DNA of 64,000 bases. It comes from Lama guanicoe. Lineage: Eukaryota. This document shows positions 50,061-62,396 of this stretch, piece by piece. The stretch is from assembly GCA_013239625.1 (NCBI GenBank), contig MU054117.1:1056001-1120000 (forward strand), given 5' to 3'. The position numbers and the translations under genes are program-made. The notes beneath the pieces were generated by a model. It did no database searches. It was not told where the DNA came from and saw nothing but the letters and a program-made list of their open reading frames with translations. How positions within the stretch are numbered: the first letter of the stretch is position 1; the number at the start of each line of letters is the position of its first letter.

Positions 50061-52152
50061 TAAAACTTTGAAAGCAAGTGAAGCAAAAAAACCTGGTGTG
50101 TCTCAAGTCCGTGCAGCAACCACACACATGGGGACTCCGTTCAAGGACCTGGAAACAGAACCTAAGCCCTCAGCAAAGAAAACCTTAACCTGCATTCAGT
50201 CAGCCCCCCACTGGAAACTGTGTTTGCTGGCTATTCTCAGACTGCACGGTTCAGAGCAAACAGTCGTGTGTTAAAGTCAACGGGAGCAAGACTTCAGCCA
50301 ACAAGAAGAGAAGGAAGGCTTCTAATTACAAATCAGAGAGGTTAAGTTTAGACTTAATGCGAAGTACGGATTGGAAACATCAGTGAACTCGTGAGGTATT
50401 CTCCCTGAAAGAAGCAGAAGGGGGATCCTCATCGCTGAGAGGCCCACCTCAGGGCACCCCAGACCCAGGGCGGGGCTTCCAATGTCCACTTTACGAAACC
50501 CTCGTTAAAACGAGCCTGTGACCCCTGGAGTGCAGGACTGGGGCAGGTCCGGGGCGAAGACTGACCCGGGGGCATCCTTTGATCCCAGGGGCGAGTCACT
50601 AAGGACTAGTGAGATCGTGCCACTGGAGGAGGCCCTCGCCGGCCCGCCGTGGGGCAGTCAGAGCAGCAAAAGTGGTCGTGGCCACGCTGGATCAAAGCAC
50701 AGGAAACGTGTTAAAATCCTGGGCTCACGGTGATACGGAAAAAAAGCTTACCGGTCAACCTTGGAAGATGGTAGGGAACCAGCTCACAGTTGTACAAACC
50801 GGTAAATAAATAGACACGACTCTTCACGCCGTGTCACCTGTGCAAACTGAGCCTCAGGGTGACCGGACATTGAAGAGGGGGAGCTTTTCTCAAGTAAAAC
50901 GAAATAAGAAGAAACCAAGGAATAGCCCTGCTGGGGCGGGCAGTGCCTCTTGACGAACACTTAGCGATACGTTTCACCAAGGAGGTGAAAGATTCGTACA
51001 CTGAAAACTATAAGGCATTTAAAAACCTGTTGAATGCCTGTGGACTGGGAGAATAAGTATTGTTAAAAGGTCGACACTGTACGGGTTCCAGGCAATCGCT
51101 GTCAAAATTCCAGTGGCATTTTCCATAGAAATAGAAAAAAACGGTTCTAAAGCTCGTGTGGAACCACAGAAGACCCTGAATAGCCTAAACAGCCTTGAGA
51201 AAAAGAGCAAAGCTGTAGGCATCATGTGCCTCGATTTCAAAGCATGTTCCAAAAGCTACAATAATCAAAATAGTATGTTCCTGGAAAAGCAAGCACACAG
51301 ATCAATGGAACAGAACAGAGTCCAGAATGAAACCCCATATATGGTTAATTAATTTACAACAGAGGAGCCAAGAATATACACTGGGGGGAAGGACAGTTTC
51401 TTCAGGAAATGGTGTTGGGGAAGCTGGGCCACTATCTGACGCCGCAATCGGAAATCAGCTCAAAGTGGATTAAAGACGTGAATGCAAGACTTGAAACACA
51501 GAACTGCTGGAAGAAAACAAAGGTGGTTAGCTCCTTGACGTTGACCATCTGTTGGATTTGACACCCAAAGCAAAAATGAGCAAGTGGGACTACATCAAGC
51601 TATGAAAGTTCCGCACGGCAAAGGACACAAGATGAAAAGACACCGTGCGGAAGGGGAGAAAGTCTGTGCAAACTGTGTCTCGGGGGCTGATACCCAGGAC
51701 ATGTAAAGGATTCACACAACTCGTTAACAAAACGATCTGACTTTTTTTTAAAAAAAAAAAGGGCAGAGGAGCTAAGTCGACGTTCTTCTCAGAGGAGACC
51801 TACAAATAGCCAACAGAGGCGCGAAAGATGTTTGGCAGCAGCGGTCAGGGAAGCGTGGATCCAAACCGCAGTGAGAGACCGCCTCGCACCTGCCAGGCGG
51901 TAGCAAGTGCGCGTGGGGGCGGGAGTGTAAACTGACGGTCACGTAGGCTCCTCGGGCCGTCCGCTTCTGGGTGTTTATCCAGAGGAAAGGAAGGCAGGCA
52001 CTTGAAGCGGTGTGCCTGTGCCCTGCAGCGTGGCTCATTGTAACCAGGACAAGGGAGCCTCCTGAGGGAGCACTGACGGCTGGAAGGGTGAGGAGGATGC
52101 GGTGTGTGTACTCGACGGAATGATACCCAGGCTTTAAAAAGAAGGAAGTCTT

Positions 52153-52266
52153 TGTTTTTTAGGGGGAGAGGTAACTAGGTTTATTTTTTGAGTGGAGGCG
52201 CTGGGGATTGGACCCAGGACCTTGTGCGTACTGGGCAGGCACTACCACTGAGCTACCTCCTCTCCC
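52153..52266 (-). mobile_element. tRNA-derived SINE (Vic-1-like) with target-site duplication
   Basis: Flanked by taaaaagaaggaagtctt (52135-52152) and taaaaagggggaaatctt (52267-52284). Confidence 0.85.
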
Positions 52267-52429
52267 TAAAAAGGGGGAAATCTTGCCACGTGCAACTAAA
52301 TGGATGAACCCGGAGGGCGCTATGCGAAGTGAAAGAAGCCAGGTAGAGACAAGCACTGCAGGCGTCACTTGTACGAAGAATCTTAAAAAAACCAGTGTAA
52401 TCGTAGAAACAGAATAGAGAAGTGGTTGG

Positions 52430-53275
52430 TGGGGGCGGGGAGAGAAGAGGTGCCGGGGCGGGAAGAGACGGGGNNNNNNNNNNNNNNNNNNNNNNNNNNN
52501 NNNNNNNNNNNNNNNNNNNNNNNNNNNNNNNNNNNNNNNNNNNNNNNNNNNNNNNNNNNNNNNNNNNNNNNNNNNNNNNNNNNNNNNNNNNNNNNNNNNN
52601 NNNNNNNNNNNNNNNNNNNNNNNNNNNNNNNNNNNNNNNNNNNNNNNNNNNNNNNNNNNNNNNNNNNNNNNNNNNNNNNNNNNNNNNNNNNNNNNNNNNN
52701 NNNNNNNNNNNNNNNNNNNNNNNNNNNNNNNNNNNNNNNNNNNNNNNNNNNNNNNNNNNNNNNNNNNNNNNNNNNNNNNNNNNNNNNNNNNNNNNNNNNN
52801 NNNNNNNNNNNNNNNNNNNNNNNNNNNNNNNNNNNNNNNNNNNNNNNNNNNNNNNNNNNNNNNNNNNNNNNNNNNNNNNNNNNNNNNNNNNNNNNNNNNN
52901 NNNNNNNNNNNNNNNNNNNNNNNNNNNNNNNNNNNNNNNNNNNNNNNNNNNNNNNNNNNNNNNNNNNNNNNNNNNNNNNNNNNNNNNNNNNNNNNNNNNN
53001 NNNNNNNNNNNNNNNNNNNNNNNNNNNNNNNNNNNNNNNNNNNNNNNNNNNNNNNNNNNNNNNNNNNNNNNNNNNNNNNNNNNNNNNNNNNNNNNNNNNN
53101 NNNNNNNNNNNNNNNNNNNNNNNNNNNNNNNNNNNNNNNNNNNNNNNNNNNNNNNNNNNNNNNNNNNNNNNNNNNNNNNNNNNNNNNNNNNCGGGGTGCT
53201 GGGGCTGGGAGAGACGGGGTGCTGGGGCTGGAAGAGACAGGGTGCCGGGGCGGGGAGAGATGGGGTGCTAGAGGG
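52430..53275 (+). repeat. 23-bp G-rich minisatellite (cggggtgctggggctgggagaga)n spanning the gap
   Basis: At least 3.5 units after and about 2 diverged units before the gap. Confidence 0.85.
52474..53191. other. Assembly gap (718 N)
   Basis: N run flanked on both sides by a 23-bp G-rich repeat. Confidence 0.99.
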
Positions 53276-53904
53276 GGCACAGGCTCTCAGCGGTGAGGTG
53301 AGGGGGTCGGGGGCTCTCTGTAAAACATGGTGGTTCTGGTTGGAACGCTGGGCTGTGTGGTTAGGACTTCCCGTGAGAGCAGAACGTAAGTGTTCTCAGC
53401 AAACACAAGAAAGAAAGGCCCCTTTCACAACATGCCCGCGAGTCAAGCCACCGCGATGGACGCTTGAGCTACCATGGTGTGTGTCGGCTCTGCCTCAGTA
53501 AAGCTGGAGTTTTAAAAAGATGAGGGCCCCCACGTGGGGGGCAGGCCTCACGGTGCTCGGTGCTCCACGCTCCGCGGGGGCTTCCCCAGGCTCCCGGCCC
53601 CCGCTGGCAGAGTCGTGAAGTCCGATGAGGGCGGCCTGCTCCTGTCACATTTCAGGGGCAAGGCGAGTGTGTGAAAGGCTGTAAACTGTGCTGCTCATGA
53701 AGGGCAACTTCTCTGCTTCCATGACAAACCTCTCCCTCAGTTCCTCCTGCCCTCCAGAGCCAACCCCCCCCAGAGCTGAGTAAATGCAGAGGGGCCGAGG
53801 CCCAGGGATGCTCACAGCGGAAGAGACGGGGGACCCGCAGGTCCTCCCGGCCCCCCGTGCCCTCCCTGGACCCGTGGTGACGCCGCCTGCCTGTGTGCCT
53901 GCAG

Positions 53905-54000
53905 GGAGTCCGAGCGCGTGGTGGACATGGCCTTCCTGGGCACACGGGCCGGCCTCCTCAGAAGCAGCCTGTTCGTGGGCTCCGAGAAGGTCTCCGACAA
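53905..54000 (+). CDS. CACNA2D4: CACNA2D4 exon 24
   Basis: cag|(E)[33 protein letters not shown]|gtgagt; 96 nt. Confidence 0.96.
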
Positions 54001-54784
54001 GTGAGTCCCGCTGGGAGCCAGGGGACGGGGTCCCTCGGGTATCCCTGTGCTTTGTGCACAGACAGACCCTGGGCTCTAGGGGTGCAGGGGAGGAAGGGTT
54101 GGGGTTCACAGGCCGGGAGAGGCAGAGAAGTGCTCCCGGGCCTGGGCGCATCCTGGACGTGTCCCCCAGGGGAGGAGGGAGCAAGCTGGGGGTGGGGGGC
54201 AGAGCGCCTGCCTCTCTGCAAAGGAGGTGGGGTGGCCGGGCACCTGGGGGAGAACCGCCGGGCTCCCAGGCAGACTTGGCCCCTCAGCCCTGTGTCCCAC
54301 CCACTGTCTGCCCCTTCTGGTAAATCCAAGCACTCAGCTGCGGCGCCATCCGGAGCGTCTTCTGAGACTCTGGGGCAGACCCACACTTGCTAGGAAGCAG
54401 AGGGTTCTGAGGAAGAGGAATTAAGTGATCTCCCGCCTTCCCCGAGGAAGCATTCCTTCCAGGGCCCATTACGGGTGCGGCAAGCGACTCAGATGGGAAC
54501 CTGCAGGTTCACCCAGAGGTCTTGAACCACGAGGAATTTTCCTCCCCAGGCTCACCATTCCCAGTCCTTCCCCATCCCCTTGAACTCCCCCAGTCAGAAA
54601 ATCACAGGTTCATGTCTTTGTGTGGCCGAGGTCGGATGGTGGACCACACCCAGCAGTGTGAGGGGAGAGTCTCGCGTTCCCTGCATCCCCTCCAAAAGGC
54701 TTCGGACAGACCTCCCCGAGTCATGAACCCAGCTGCCCCGAATGCACACCTCCAGGGGGCTCCCCTGCCGGACCCTGGCCTGGC

Positions 54785-54866
54785 TGGCAGCCCGGGCAGT
54801 GCAGCCCAGGCAGTGCAGCCGGGCAGTGCAGCCCACGCAGTGCAGGCCAGGCAGTGCAGCCGGGCA
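54785..54866 (+). repeat. 13-14 bp tandem repeat (ggcagtgcagcc), about 5-6 copies
   Basis: gcagtgcag core repeated five times. Confidence 0.85.
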
Positions 54867-55479
54867 AGTCGGCCTCTGCGACGCGGGTGCCCAGCCTCCC
54901 CAGAATCCACCCGCAGCTCTCCCCCACCACGGGTTATTTACAGTCACTGATAACCGGCCTCCCACTCCGCTCCTGGGCCGTCTCCCTCCTGCAGGCTGCC
55001 GAGCGCCGGGGGCCCGAGCCATAATTAGCAAGGTAGAACCACTCCAGAAAAGAAACCCCGCACTGCCTGTCAAGGCGAGAGCCTGCGTTTCGGGGGAATT
55101 CGTGCCCCTCTCTGACTGTGCAGCCTCCTCCTCCAGACACGCTGCTTAGCCTGACAAGCAGAAATTAGGCTTTATCCGAAAGAAAGAAATCCTGCAGGCA
55201 GAGGAGTTCGCAGAAAATGGAAAGCTCTTCTGTAAGGCGGGCTCTACCGCTTCCTGTGGCAGCGTGCCCTCAGATGCACCTGCATGAGATTCTGGAAAGG
55301 GCGGGATTGCTGGGGCGCGTGGCGGGGGCAGCACCAGCTTACAGGCTGACCTTTTCTCCTGGCAACTCCTCCAAGGCAGAGGCGAGGGGCTCCGGGGCCC
55401 AGCCTAGATGACCTTGTCAGAACGAGGAGGAGACCGTGCTCCCGGATCTGGGGGACGTGCCAGACCTTTCTCCTTGCAG

Positions 55480-55607
55480 GGGGTTCCTGACTCCCGCGGA
55501 CGAGGCCAGCATGTTCACCCTGGACCACTTCCCATTGTGGTACCGCCAGGCGGCCGAGCAGCCCCCAGGCAGCATGGTCTTCAACCTCCGCTCGGCGGAG
55601 GGCCCAG
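55480..55607 (+). CDS. CACNA2D4: CACNA2D4 exon 25
   Basis: cag|(K)[43 protein letters not shown]|gtaatc; 128 nt. Confidence 0.95.
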
Positions 55608-55794
55608 GTAATCCACGTCCTGAGCTGCGGGCCGGGGGATGCGGCCTCCCTCCTCCCGCTGCACGTGGATGGGAGACAGGATGGGGACACCGGACAGAAC
55701 GTCCAGGCCTTGGGGCCCTGCCTCCCCTCCTCACACCTCAGCTCGCACCTTACCCTGCACTCCAGCGGGGAATTTCACTCTCTGGCCAGCGAAA

Positions 55795-56014
55795 GGAGAT
55801 GGGGGCAGAGGGATAAATTAGGAGTTTGGGATTAGCAGATACACTCTGTATAAAATAGATCAACAAGGTCCCGCTGGGTGGCACAGGGAACTGCACTTAC
55901 TGTCTGTAGTGAAAAATAATCTGAAGAAGAATATATGTATGCATAACTGAATGGCTGCTGCACACCAGAAACCAACACAGCACTGTAAATCAGCTACACT
56001 TCAGTTAAAAAAAA
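55795..56014 (+). mobile_element. Artiodactyl-type L1 3' end with poly-A
   Basis: gggataaattaggagtttgggattagcagatacac...gtaaatcagctacacttcagttaaaaaaaa. Confidence 0.8.
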
Positions 56015-58781
56015 TTGAAGAAAATCCAGCTGGAACTAAGGAAAGAGGCTTGCCCCAGAAGTCAGGAGAGCTGGGTTCCAACCCCAGCTCCACCCAGGAG
56101 CGTGCTGGAAGCTGACCGCCAAGTCCGCTGTTTCTGAACATCTGAGCATCTCTGAGAGCTGCTTAAAGCAGCCGGCTGAGAGGGGCGGCTTCACCCACGC
56201 GGGCGCTGGGCTATCCGAGTCCACTGCCTGCTACCGGCTCTTCCCCAGCGCTCCCTCCCCCGGGGTCTCCCAGGAGCGGCAGCGCTGAGCCCCGTCTGCT
56301 CCCCCAGCTCCCCTGATAGCGGGGCGCCTCCTGGCTGCCAGGCTGTGGGGGCAGGAAGGGGGTGAGGAGGGCGGCCTGGGTTGGGCGCCGAGGCCCCAAG
56401 CCAGCGCATTCCTGCTGTCCATGGGCCAGGGCCTTTCAGAGCTGCAGCTCCCACTATGAAAAATGGCCGAAACAAGAAAAGTTAGGTAGCGTTACCAGAG
56501 CACCAAGAAGATGGCAAGATGTTTAGGACGGGAAGGAGCTTAGAGGGCACATGGTCTCGACTCACACTTGCAGCGGCTGCAGCCCACGGAGGCCCCAAGA
56601 GTCCCCTCTGGGGGTCCTGAGCCGGAAAGTGAGAGGAGGTGGGGGCACGAGGGGAGAGGCCGGAAGGAGGGCGGCTGAGTGCACGTCGGATGCAGGGCCC
56701 CTCCACCCACACGCCCGCCCCACCGCCACTGGAGCCATCCCCGGGCTTCCGACCACGCCCCAGCTGACAGCTGGAGAGGCCCTGCCCCGGCCCCTCAGTG
56801 GCCACGGGCAGCACGTGCCCCCTGGAGGGAGGCCGCCTGCCCTGTCCTCCACCCACAGTGTCACTGCCCCCTTGACGACGCATTGCCCACGAGTAGCCCA
56901 TCCAGCCTGCCAGCCTGTAAGACGGTCCTTCCCTCTCCCCACACAGGGAGAGTCTGAGGATCCGCCGGGGCCCCAGGGTCGGCTGGCCCTGCGGGTGGGG
57001 GGCTCACGTGACTGAGGCGGGAGGAGGGAGGGCCACGAGAGGCCCCTTCCCGCACTGGACCCTTGGGAGCAGGAGGGGCCCACGGGGTCCTGGGAGGTTC
57101 TGTGGTGACGGGCTCCCTCCCGCCCAGGGATGCGCCTGGGAGCTTTTTGTGGTGGGAGGAGGCGGCCGGCGGGTGGGAACGTGGAGGCAGGGGGAGGAGA
57201 AGGAGGAGCCCAGGAAGGGACCCCGCACACTCCCATCTCCCCTGAAGAGAGAAAACAGCTTCATTTAATGGGGGCCCCGAGGAGGCAGAGGGGGCGCTGC
57301 GGGGTGAGGGGCCGGTGCCCCTCCCCAGGCTGACTCTGTGGCCCTCTGCCCACGTGGAGCTGCCTTTTGCAGTCGGTGCTGAGAAACCGGCCGGCACAGA
57401 GCAGAGTCTCCCCCGAGCCCCAGCGCCTCAGGCCTGTCCCCCCGTGTCCACAGCCCGCCCCTCCACCCCCGGTAGCCCGCTTGTCCACCCAGGCGCTGGG
57501 CCCGGTGTCCTCCGGGTCTCACTGGTGCTGAGATCCCCGATGTCCCCAGAGACCGCGTGACTAGGGCCCCACCCCTTCACTCCGGTGTTTCCTCCAAGCC
57601 TGTGCCTTTCTGTCTGGAAAGCAGCCAGCCTGCGGCCGGGGACAGCACAAGGCCACCCCATCAGTACCTCCTGGACACTCCCAGAAGCACCTGGGGAAGC
57701 CGGCTTCTGTGTACTGTGGTACCTGTGTCTTCATCATGGCAAGCTCCTAGAGTCAAGGACAACTTTTCACAGTGTCAGTTCCCAGAACCAGAGTCGTTTT
57801 CGGTCTCGGAGGTTCCTGGTTACGGCAAGGTGTGACGGGTAACCTTGCCAAAACCTTGGGTACGAGAAATGAGTGATCGATTTAAGTTCCGTGACGTCGG
57901 ACAGCGTGAGGTTCTTGCGACCTGTCTGTTTGATGTGAAGACAAAGCACAGGAAGAACCGTGCCCCTTTCGTGGAGTTCTCAGTGATGAACGGGACCCGT
58001 AGACAAGGGTGCTTTGAAAAGCTAGTCCGGGCTGTACAGTTAATCAGCAGAGGACACGTGCCGGCCGGCGCCCCTCAGAGCCACGAAGCCGTGTGACTGC
58101 AAGCTGAACTGCTGCCTCGACTCTGCCCCACGGCCTGACTCCCTCAGAAGGGGCGGGAAAGGCGACTCCAGGCAGGCTCGTGGAGCCGGGCGATGCCCCA
58201 GGAGTGCAGCGACCAGCCGTCAGCAAGGAAAGGCTCGGTGGGACCGCGGCGTGGGGGCTGCCAGGACTGTGGGCGCCTCGGACGCCAGCCCGACTGCAGG
58301 ACGCAGCCCTGGTGTCGGGCCTCCCTGTGGGGCCGCCACGGTCGCCCTGACTCTTGACTCTTGTGACTGATGAAGGTCAGCCCAGGGTCAGCCATCCCCG
58401 CGTCCTGGAATGCAGCCTGCCCCCTGCTCGAAAGGGCCACTTGATGTCACACGAGCCTTCTGGGTGGGTCCCAGCAGGGCTCCCGAGCTGTAGCAGGCAG
58501 GTTTGCTGCCCTGGGCAGAGCAAACCCTCAGTGTCACAGTGACCTGGCTGTGACACTGTCCAGGCGGCCTGGTGGCTTCTGAGCTGCATGGAGAGTTGGG
58601 GGCCCCCAGCATGCAGGAGGCCCTCGGCAAAGACCAGAGGTCGCGGGCAATGGACAGGTTCCCGGGCGGCCCCTGACTGGCTCGAGGAGCGTCCTGACCT
58701 GGTCCTCACCTGTCCTCTCGGCCCTCCCCAGCCACAGCCCTGCAGGCGTTGAGAAAGTGACCCGGCCATTTCCTTCCCCAG

Positions 58782-58862
58782 AGAGCCCGGGCCAGCCTGT
58801 GGTGGTGACGGTGAGCACCGCTGTGGCCGTGACGGTGGACGGGAGGACGGCCATCGCAGCAG
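58782..58862 (+). CDS. CACNA2D4: CACNA2D4 exon 26
   Basis: cag|(E)SPGQPVVVTVSTAVAVTVDGRTAIAA G|gtaggc; 81 nt. Confidence 0.95.
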
Positions 58863-59064
58863 GTAGGCGCTGCCCCGGGGCCGTGAGGCCGGGCAGCTAT
58901 GAGTCTGGGTGGAGAACGAGGCGCAGGTGATGCAGGCGGCCCTGGGCGGGGCTGGGGCCACAGCCCTCTGGCTGTGCATCTTCCCTGGTGAAGCATGGGG
59001 CCAGAGGGCAGAGTCCTCCAAGCCATTTTGTTATAAAACCATGAAACCTTAACTCTAACGGAGT

Positions 59065-59400
59065 TCATGGTGTAAAGTGGAGCCCAGAGAGGTTAAGAGA
59101 TCTGCTCAAGGTCACACAGGATCCAGGCTGCTCCCCAGGCTGCCTTCCCACCCTCTGCACGTCGCTTCCGCCTCCGTCGCCTTGGGCCCCCGGATCCCAC
59201 TGAAGGGGGCTGGGACTGGTGACTAGACCCCGGAGCCAGAGCCCCGGCGCCGGTCCAGCGTTTCCGTGCATGTGCTCAGCTAGCCTTCGGGTGATCTGGT
59301 TTGGCTCCATTTTACCGAGGACAAACTGAGACCCAGAAACGTTTGCCCGAAGTCCCACGGCTAAGTTGATAAAGCTGGAATTAGAGTTCAGGTCGCCTCT
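59065..59400 (-). mobile_element. Two MIR fragments
   Basis: cccagagaggttaag...caaggtcacacag and cattttaccgaggacaaactgagacccaga. Confidence 0.7.
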
Positions 59401-60080
59401 TTTGAAGGCCCCAGTTCGTGGCCCTGTGTCGCGATTGGGCCACAAAAGCCAAGAAGGGGCCCAGTGAGCCTCGCATGCTGCCCCGACTTTGTGAGGTCTG
59501 TGTGAGGAAGCCACCTCCTCCAGCCTCCACCTCATGTCTCTGACCCTGCCGTGTTTAGAACTTGCAAGATCCTTGGACCCTCAGTCAGCGTGGGTGCTGG
59601 GACCGGGCGCCTGTGTTGTGCGGGGCCACCGCCGCTGCAGGGGTGGGGGGACAGGACCCCCAACTCCCCCCCAGCCTGAGTGAAGGACTTGGGAGGAGCA
59701 GACCGGCCAGGCGGGCTGCCACCTCGGGCTGCCATCCATGGGGCGAAGGCGGGAGTGGGTAACTCGGTCGGATTGCTTGGCGCCCTCATGCACTTGTCAC
59801 TGGAGTCCAGAGGCTGCACTGCTGGGCCCTTGGGAGGGGCCCACACCATCCGCCGCCTTTCTGTCCTCACCCTGGCCTGCTGACCCCAGGCCCCAAAGAC
59901 CGTTCCGTGGCCTGGTTGAGCCTGTCCCCGACCTGCTCCCTCCACGACTGGCCGCCTCAGCACCGCGCACCTGGGGGGCCAGGGGAGAGGAGCATGCGGG
60001 GTCAGGCTGCCTCTGCGCTCTCCTGCACTCTCCAATTATTCGATATCATTTTAACTCAGCTCGAATTAGAGCCGGGAGGG

Positions 60081-60094
60081 GTTGCCATGGAAAC
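60081..60094. promoter_or_regulatory. RFX X-box motif
   Basis: GTTGCCATGGAAAC, 13/14 match to GTTGCCATGGCAAC. Confidence 0.55.
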
Positions 60095-61482
60095 CGTGTC
60101 CTGGTGCTGCCGCTTTAACTCTCTGCAGACAAAGGCTCTGATGCTCTGGGCGATGCGGCTGTGCTAGGAAAGGGATGAGGCGCAGGACACCTTTCTGCTT
60201 GGATTGTTTTCCAGTCTCCTCTGGCAATTTCCTCTTCCTGGCCTGTGGCTCAGCCTCCCTGACCCTGGGCCAGCTGGGCCCGCGGCTCGAGGAGGGGCTG
60301 GCGGCTCTGGCAGGCCGTCCCTGTGTGCACATGAACTTGCTGTGTGGCAGGCAGGCTGGGCGCACATCCGTGTTGTGCAGGGGTGGGGCCGAGGAGGGGT
60401 GGCAGGGCAGCTGCGGGGCCAGCGAGCGAGCGACGAAGGAGGACAGATCGGTCAACCTCTCAGCAGGTGATTTAGCAACAGTTTCCACAACCTTTCTAGG
60501 AACCTGCTGTTTTGATCTGGATCCGCCTCCAGTTCTCTGTGCCGACCAGGCCCGGGTTGGGGAATGTGGCCAAGCGTGACAGTGGTGCCACCACCGACTG
60601 CACGTGTTTCCCTGGCTCAGAGGCCCTGTGTGGCGGGGCTGCTGTCGGGCTGCCTGATGGCCCCTCTCCCCGGAGTTCCGCCTGCGTGCACACAGCCCAG
60701 CATTGGACCCTGGAGCGCGTTCCCCGGCAGTGCAGGCTGTGGCTGACCCCCAGCTCTGCTGTCCCTGCGGGACCACGGGAGGACCCTCTCCCCAGCTACC
60801 CCACCAGGAACGGGGGTAGGGACGGGGAGCTGAATGGGACCCCTTCCCCCTGGGGTTTGCTCCTGGCTCTCTGGGGTGTCACCAAAGCAGGGCTCCTGGG
60901 CAGGAGAGAGTTCTGTCTTGGTCTCTGAAGACATGACCCACGTAGCCAGACTGGGTCAGCCAGACGCCGGTCTGGCAAGGAGGGTCACTTGGGTGTCAGG
61001 TGGACAAGCAGCCCAGGGGCCTTGCCCTCTCGGTCACCTCCTCTCCTGGCCTCCATCCCCAGACCTTGGGTCCGTAATTCTGATTCTGCACCCCTTAGGA
61101 GGGGTCATATTTATGAACCCAGAGTGCTGTGGGCCTGTCCCTAGAGTCCGTCTGGAAAGTGCAAAGCGTTAAGCGGGTCCCTCCTGCACGTCTGCCAACC
61201 CCGGCGGCCTCCCTGAGGCAGGTGAGACCTAGTCCCCTCCACTGTGCTCAGGGAGCCCGCCGGCCTCCCATCAGGCCAGGGTCACCGGGCAAAGGCAAGC
61301 CCTCCACGCCGCCACTGCAGGGCGCCCCTCTGGCCGCGGGGCAGGGAGCAGGAAGGGGCCTCCCACCTCCCTCCTCTGCCCGCGGCCAGCTCTGTGCTCA
61401 GCCACAGAGCCCTCCCAACCAGCCTTCGGCCCCCACTGGCCGCCCCCCAAGGAAAGCAGGATGCACATAGGAAAATACAGTC

Positions 61483-61488
61483 TTTATT
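61483..61488 (-). terminator. Candidate LRTM2 polyadenylation signal AATAAA
   Basis: + strand TTTATT; followed on the minus strand by U/GU-rich sequence (tattttcctatgtgc). Confidence 0.7.
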
Positions 61489-62382
61489 GGTCTTCTGAAA
61501 CAACAAGCCAGAAATATAGTTTTGCCTTTAAAAATCTGTCTCAGGCTGGAGACACCACCGTTGACAATGCCCAGCCTTCCCCAGCTCCCTTCAGACAATA
61601 CCCAGATCTGGTGTCAGCCAGTGCCCCAAAAGAAGGGGGACTATGGGCCAGCCTGGTGGGCAGCCTGTGCCCAGCTCCCCCTCCCTGTCCTGCCTCAGAC
61701 GCGTGTTCTGGTGGCCTCCCCCTGGCCGCCACCTCAAGACCTCCGTCCCAGAGCCAGAAACCAGCCTGATGCCCCCGACCCTCTGTCAGCCAGGGGGAAA
61801 TCTGTGTCCCTGGCAGGTGTCCCCTGCAGAGGGAGCCCAGGGCTCACTCGAGGTCACACTCACCAGAAGGGGCAGAGCTAGGAAAGGACACTAGTGACCG
61901 CCCCCCACTGCATAGCTCGCCCGCCCCCTAGCCCTGCAAGCACGGATCTCTGCCCCTTTAGTGTGGGTTGCAGGTGAAGGGCAGATGGGCCCCCGGCCTA
62001 TGCTCTGGTTTGGGCTCCAGTCCAGGTGTCATGAAGGATTCTGGGAAGCCAGGCTGAGCTGAGAAAGCGCTGAGAAAGGGACCCAGTTACTGATGGGTCT
62101 GAGCAGAAGTCGAGGTCCTTCCCCTGCTCCCGGGGCCCGCTTGGGACAGGTCGGCAGGCAGTGAGCTTCCGCTAGGGTGCCACCAGTCACAGAGCACGAC
62201 CCAGTCCCTGCACGAGGTCGCAGGCTCAGGGATGTGGGGTTGGAGTAGGGGGCGGTTCTGGGGCTGCAGGCTACAGGCGTGGTATGTGGTGGGCCCTTGG
62301 GAGGCTGCTGTCCACATACACTGCAGCCTCGAGGCCCCTGGGCCAGTGTCCCTGGAAATCCAAGCAGGAGACGTGTGAGCGG

Positions 62383-62396
62383 GTTACCATGGTGAC
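62383..62396. promoter_or_regulatory. RFX X-box-like motif
   Basis: GTTACCATGGTGAC near-palindrome. Confidence 0.45.

Larger units (their letters stand above)
47870..50400 (+). mobile_element. Highly degraded L1M fragments
   Basis: cagaaataaatcca, aacctaaatgtccatcagtagg and other L1 3' phrases; boundaries approximate. Confidence 0.6.
50965..53520 (+). mobile_element. L1 ORF2 C-terminus and 3'UTR, interrupted by SINE, minisatellite and gap
   Basis: ccaaggaggtgaaagattcgtacactgaaaactataag; remnant LEKKSKAVGIMCLDFK; ends ctcagtaaagctgg. Confidence 0.88.
14005..58862 (+). other. CACNA2D4: CACNA2D4 gene span, coding exons 1-26 (3' end lies beyond window)
   Basis: 26 GT-AG bounded exons splice into one open 2485-nt frame matching alpha2delta-4 (signal peptide, VWA domain with DxSxS, Cache domains); LRTM2 nested antisense as at the human locus. 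Confidence 0.97.

Noticed and set aside
54001..58781. Alternative truncating exon near exon 25, recalled from mouse and human Cacna2d4 work
   Set aside because: Could not locate it from sequence alone; needs alignment or RNA-seq
14005..58862. CACNA2D4 as a pseudogene
   Set aside because: All 26 exons keep frame and GT-AG sites when the distal exon 23 acceptor is used; no in-frame stops seen
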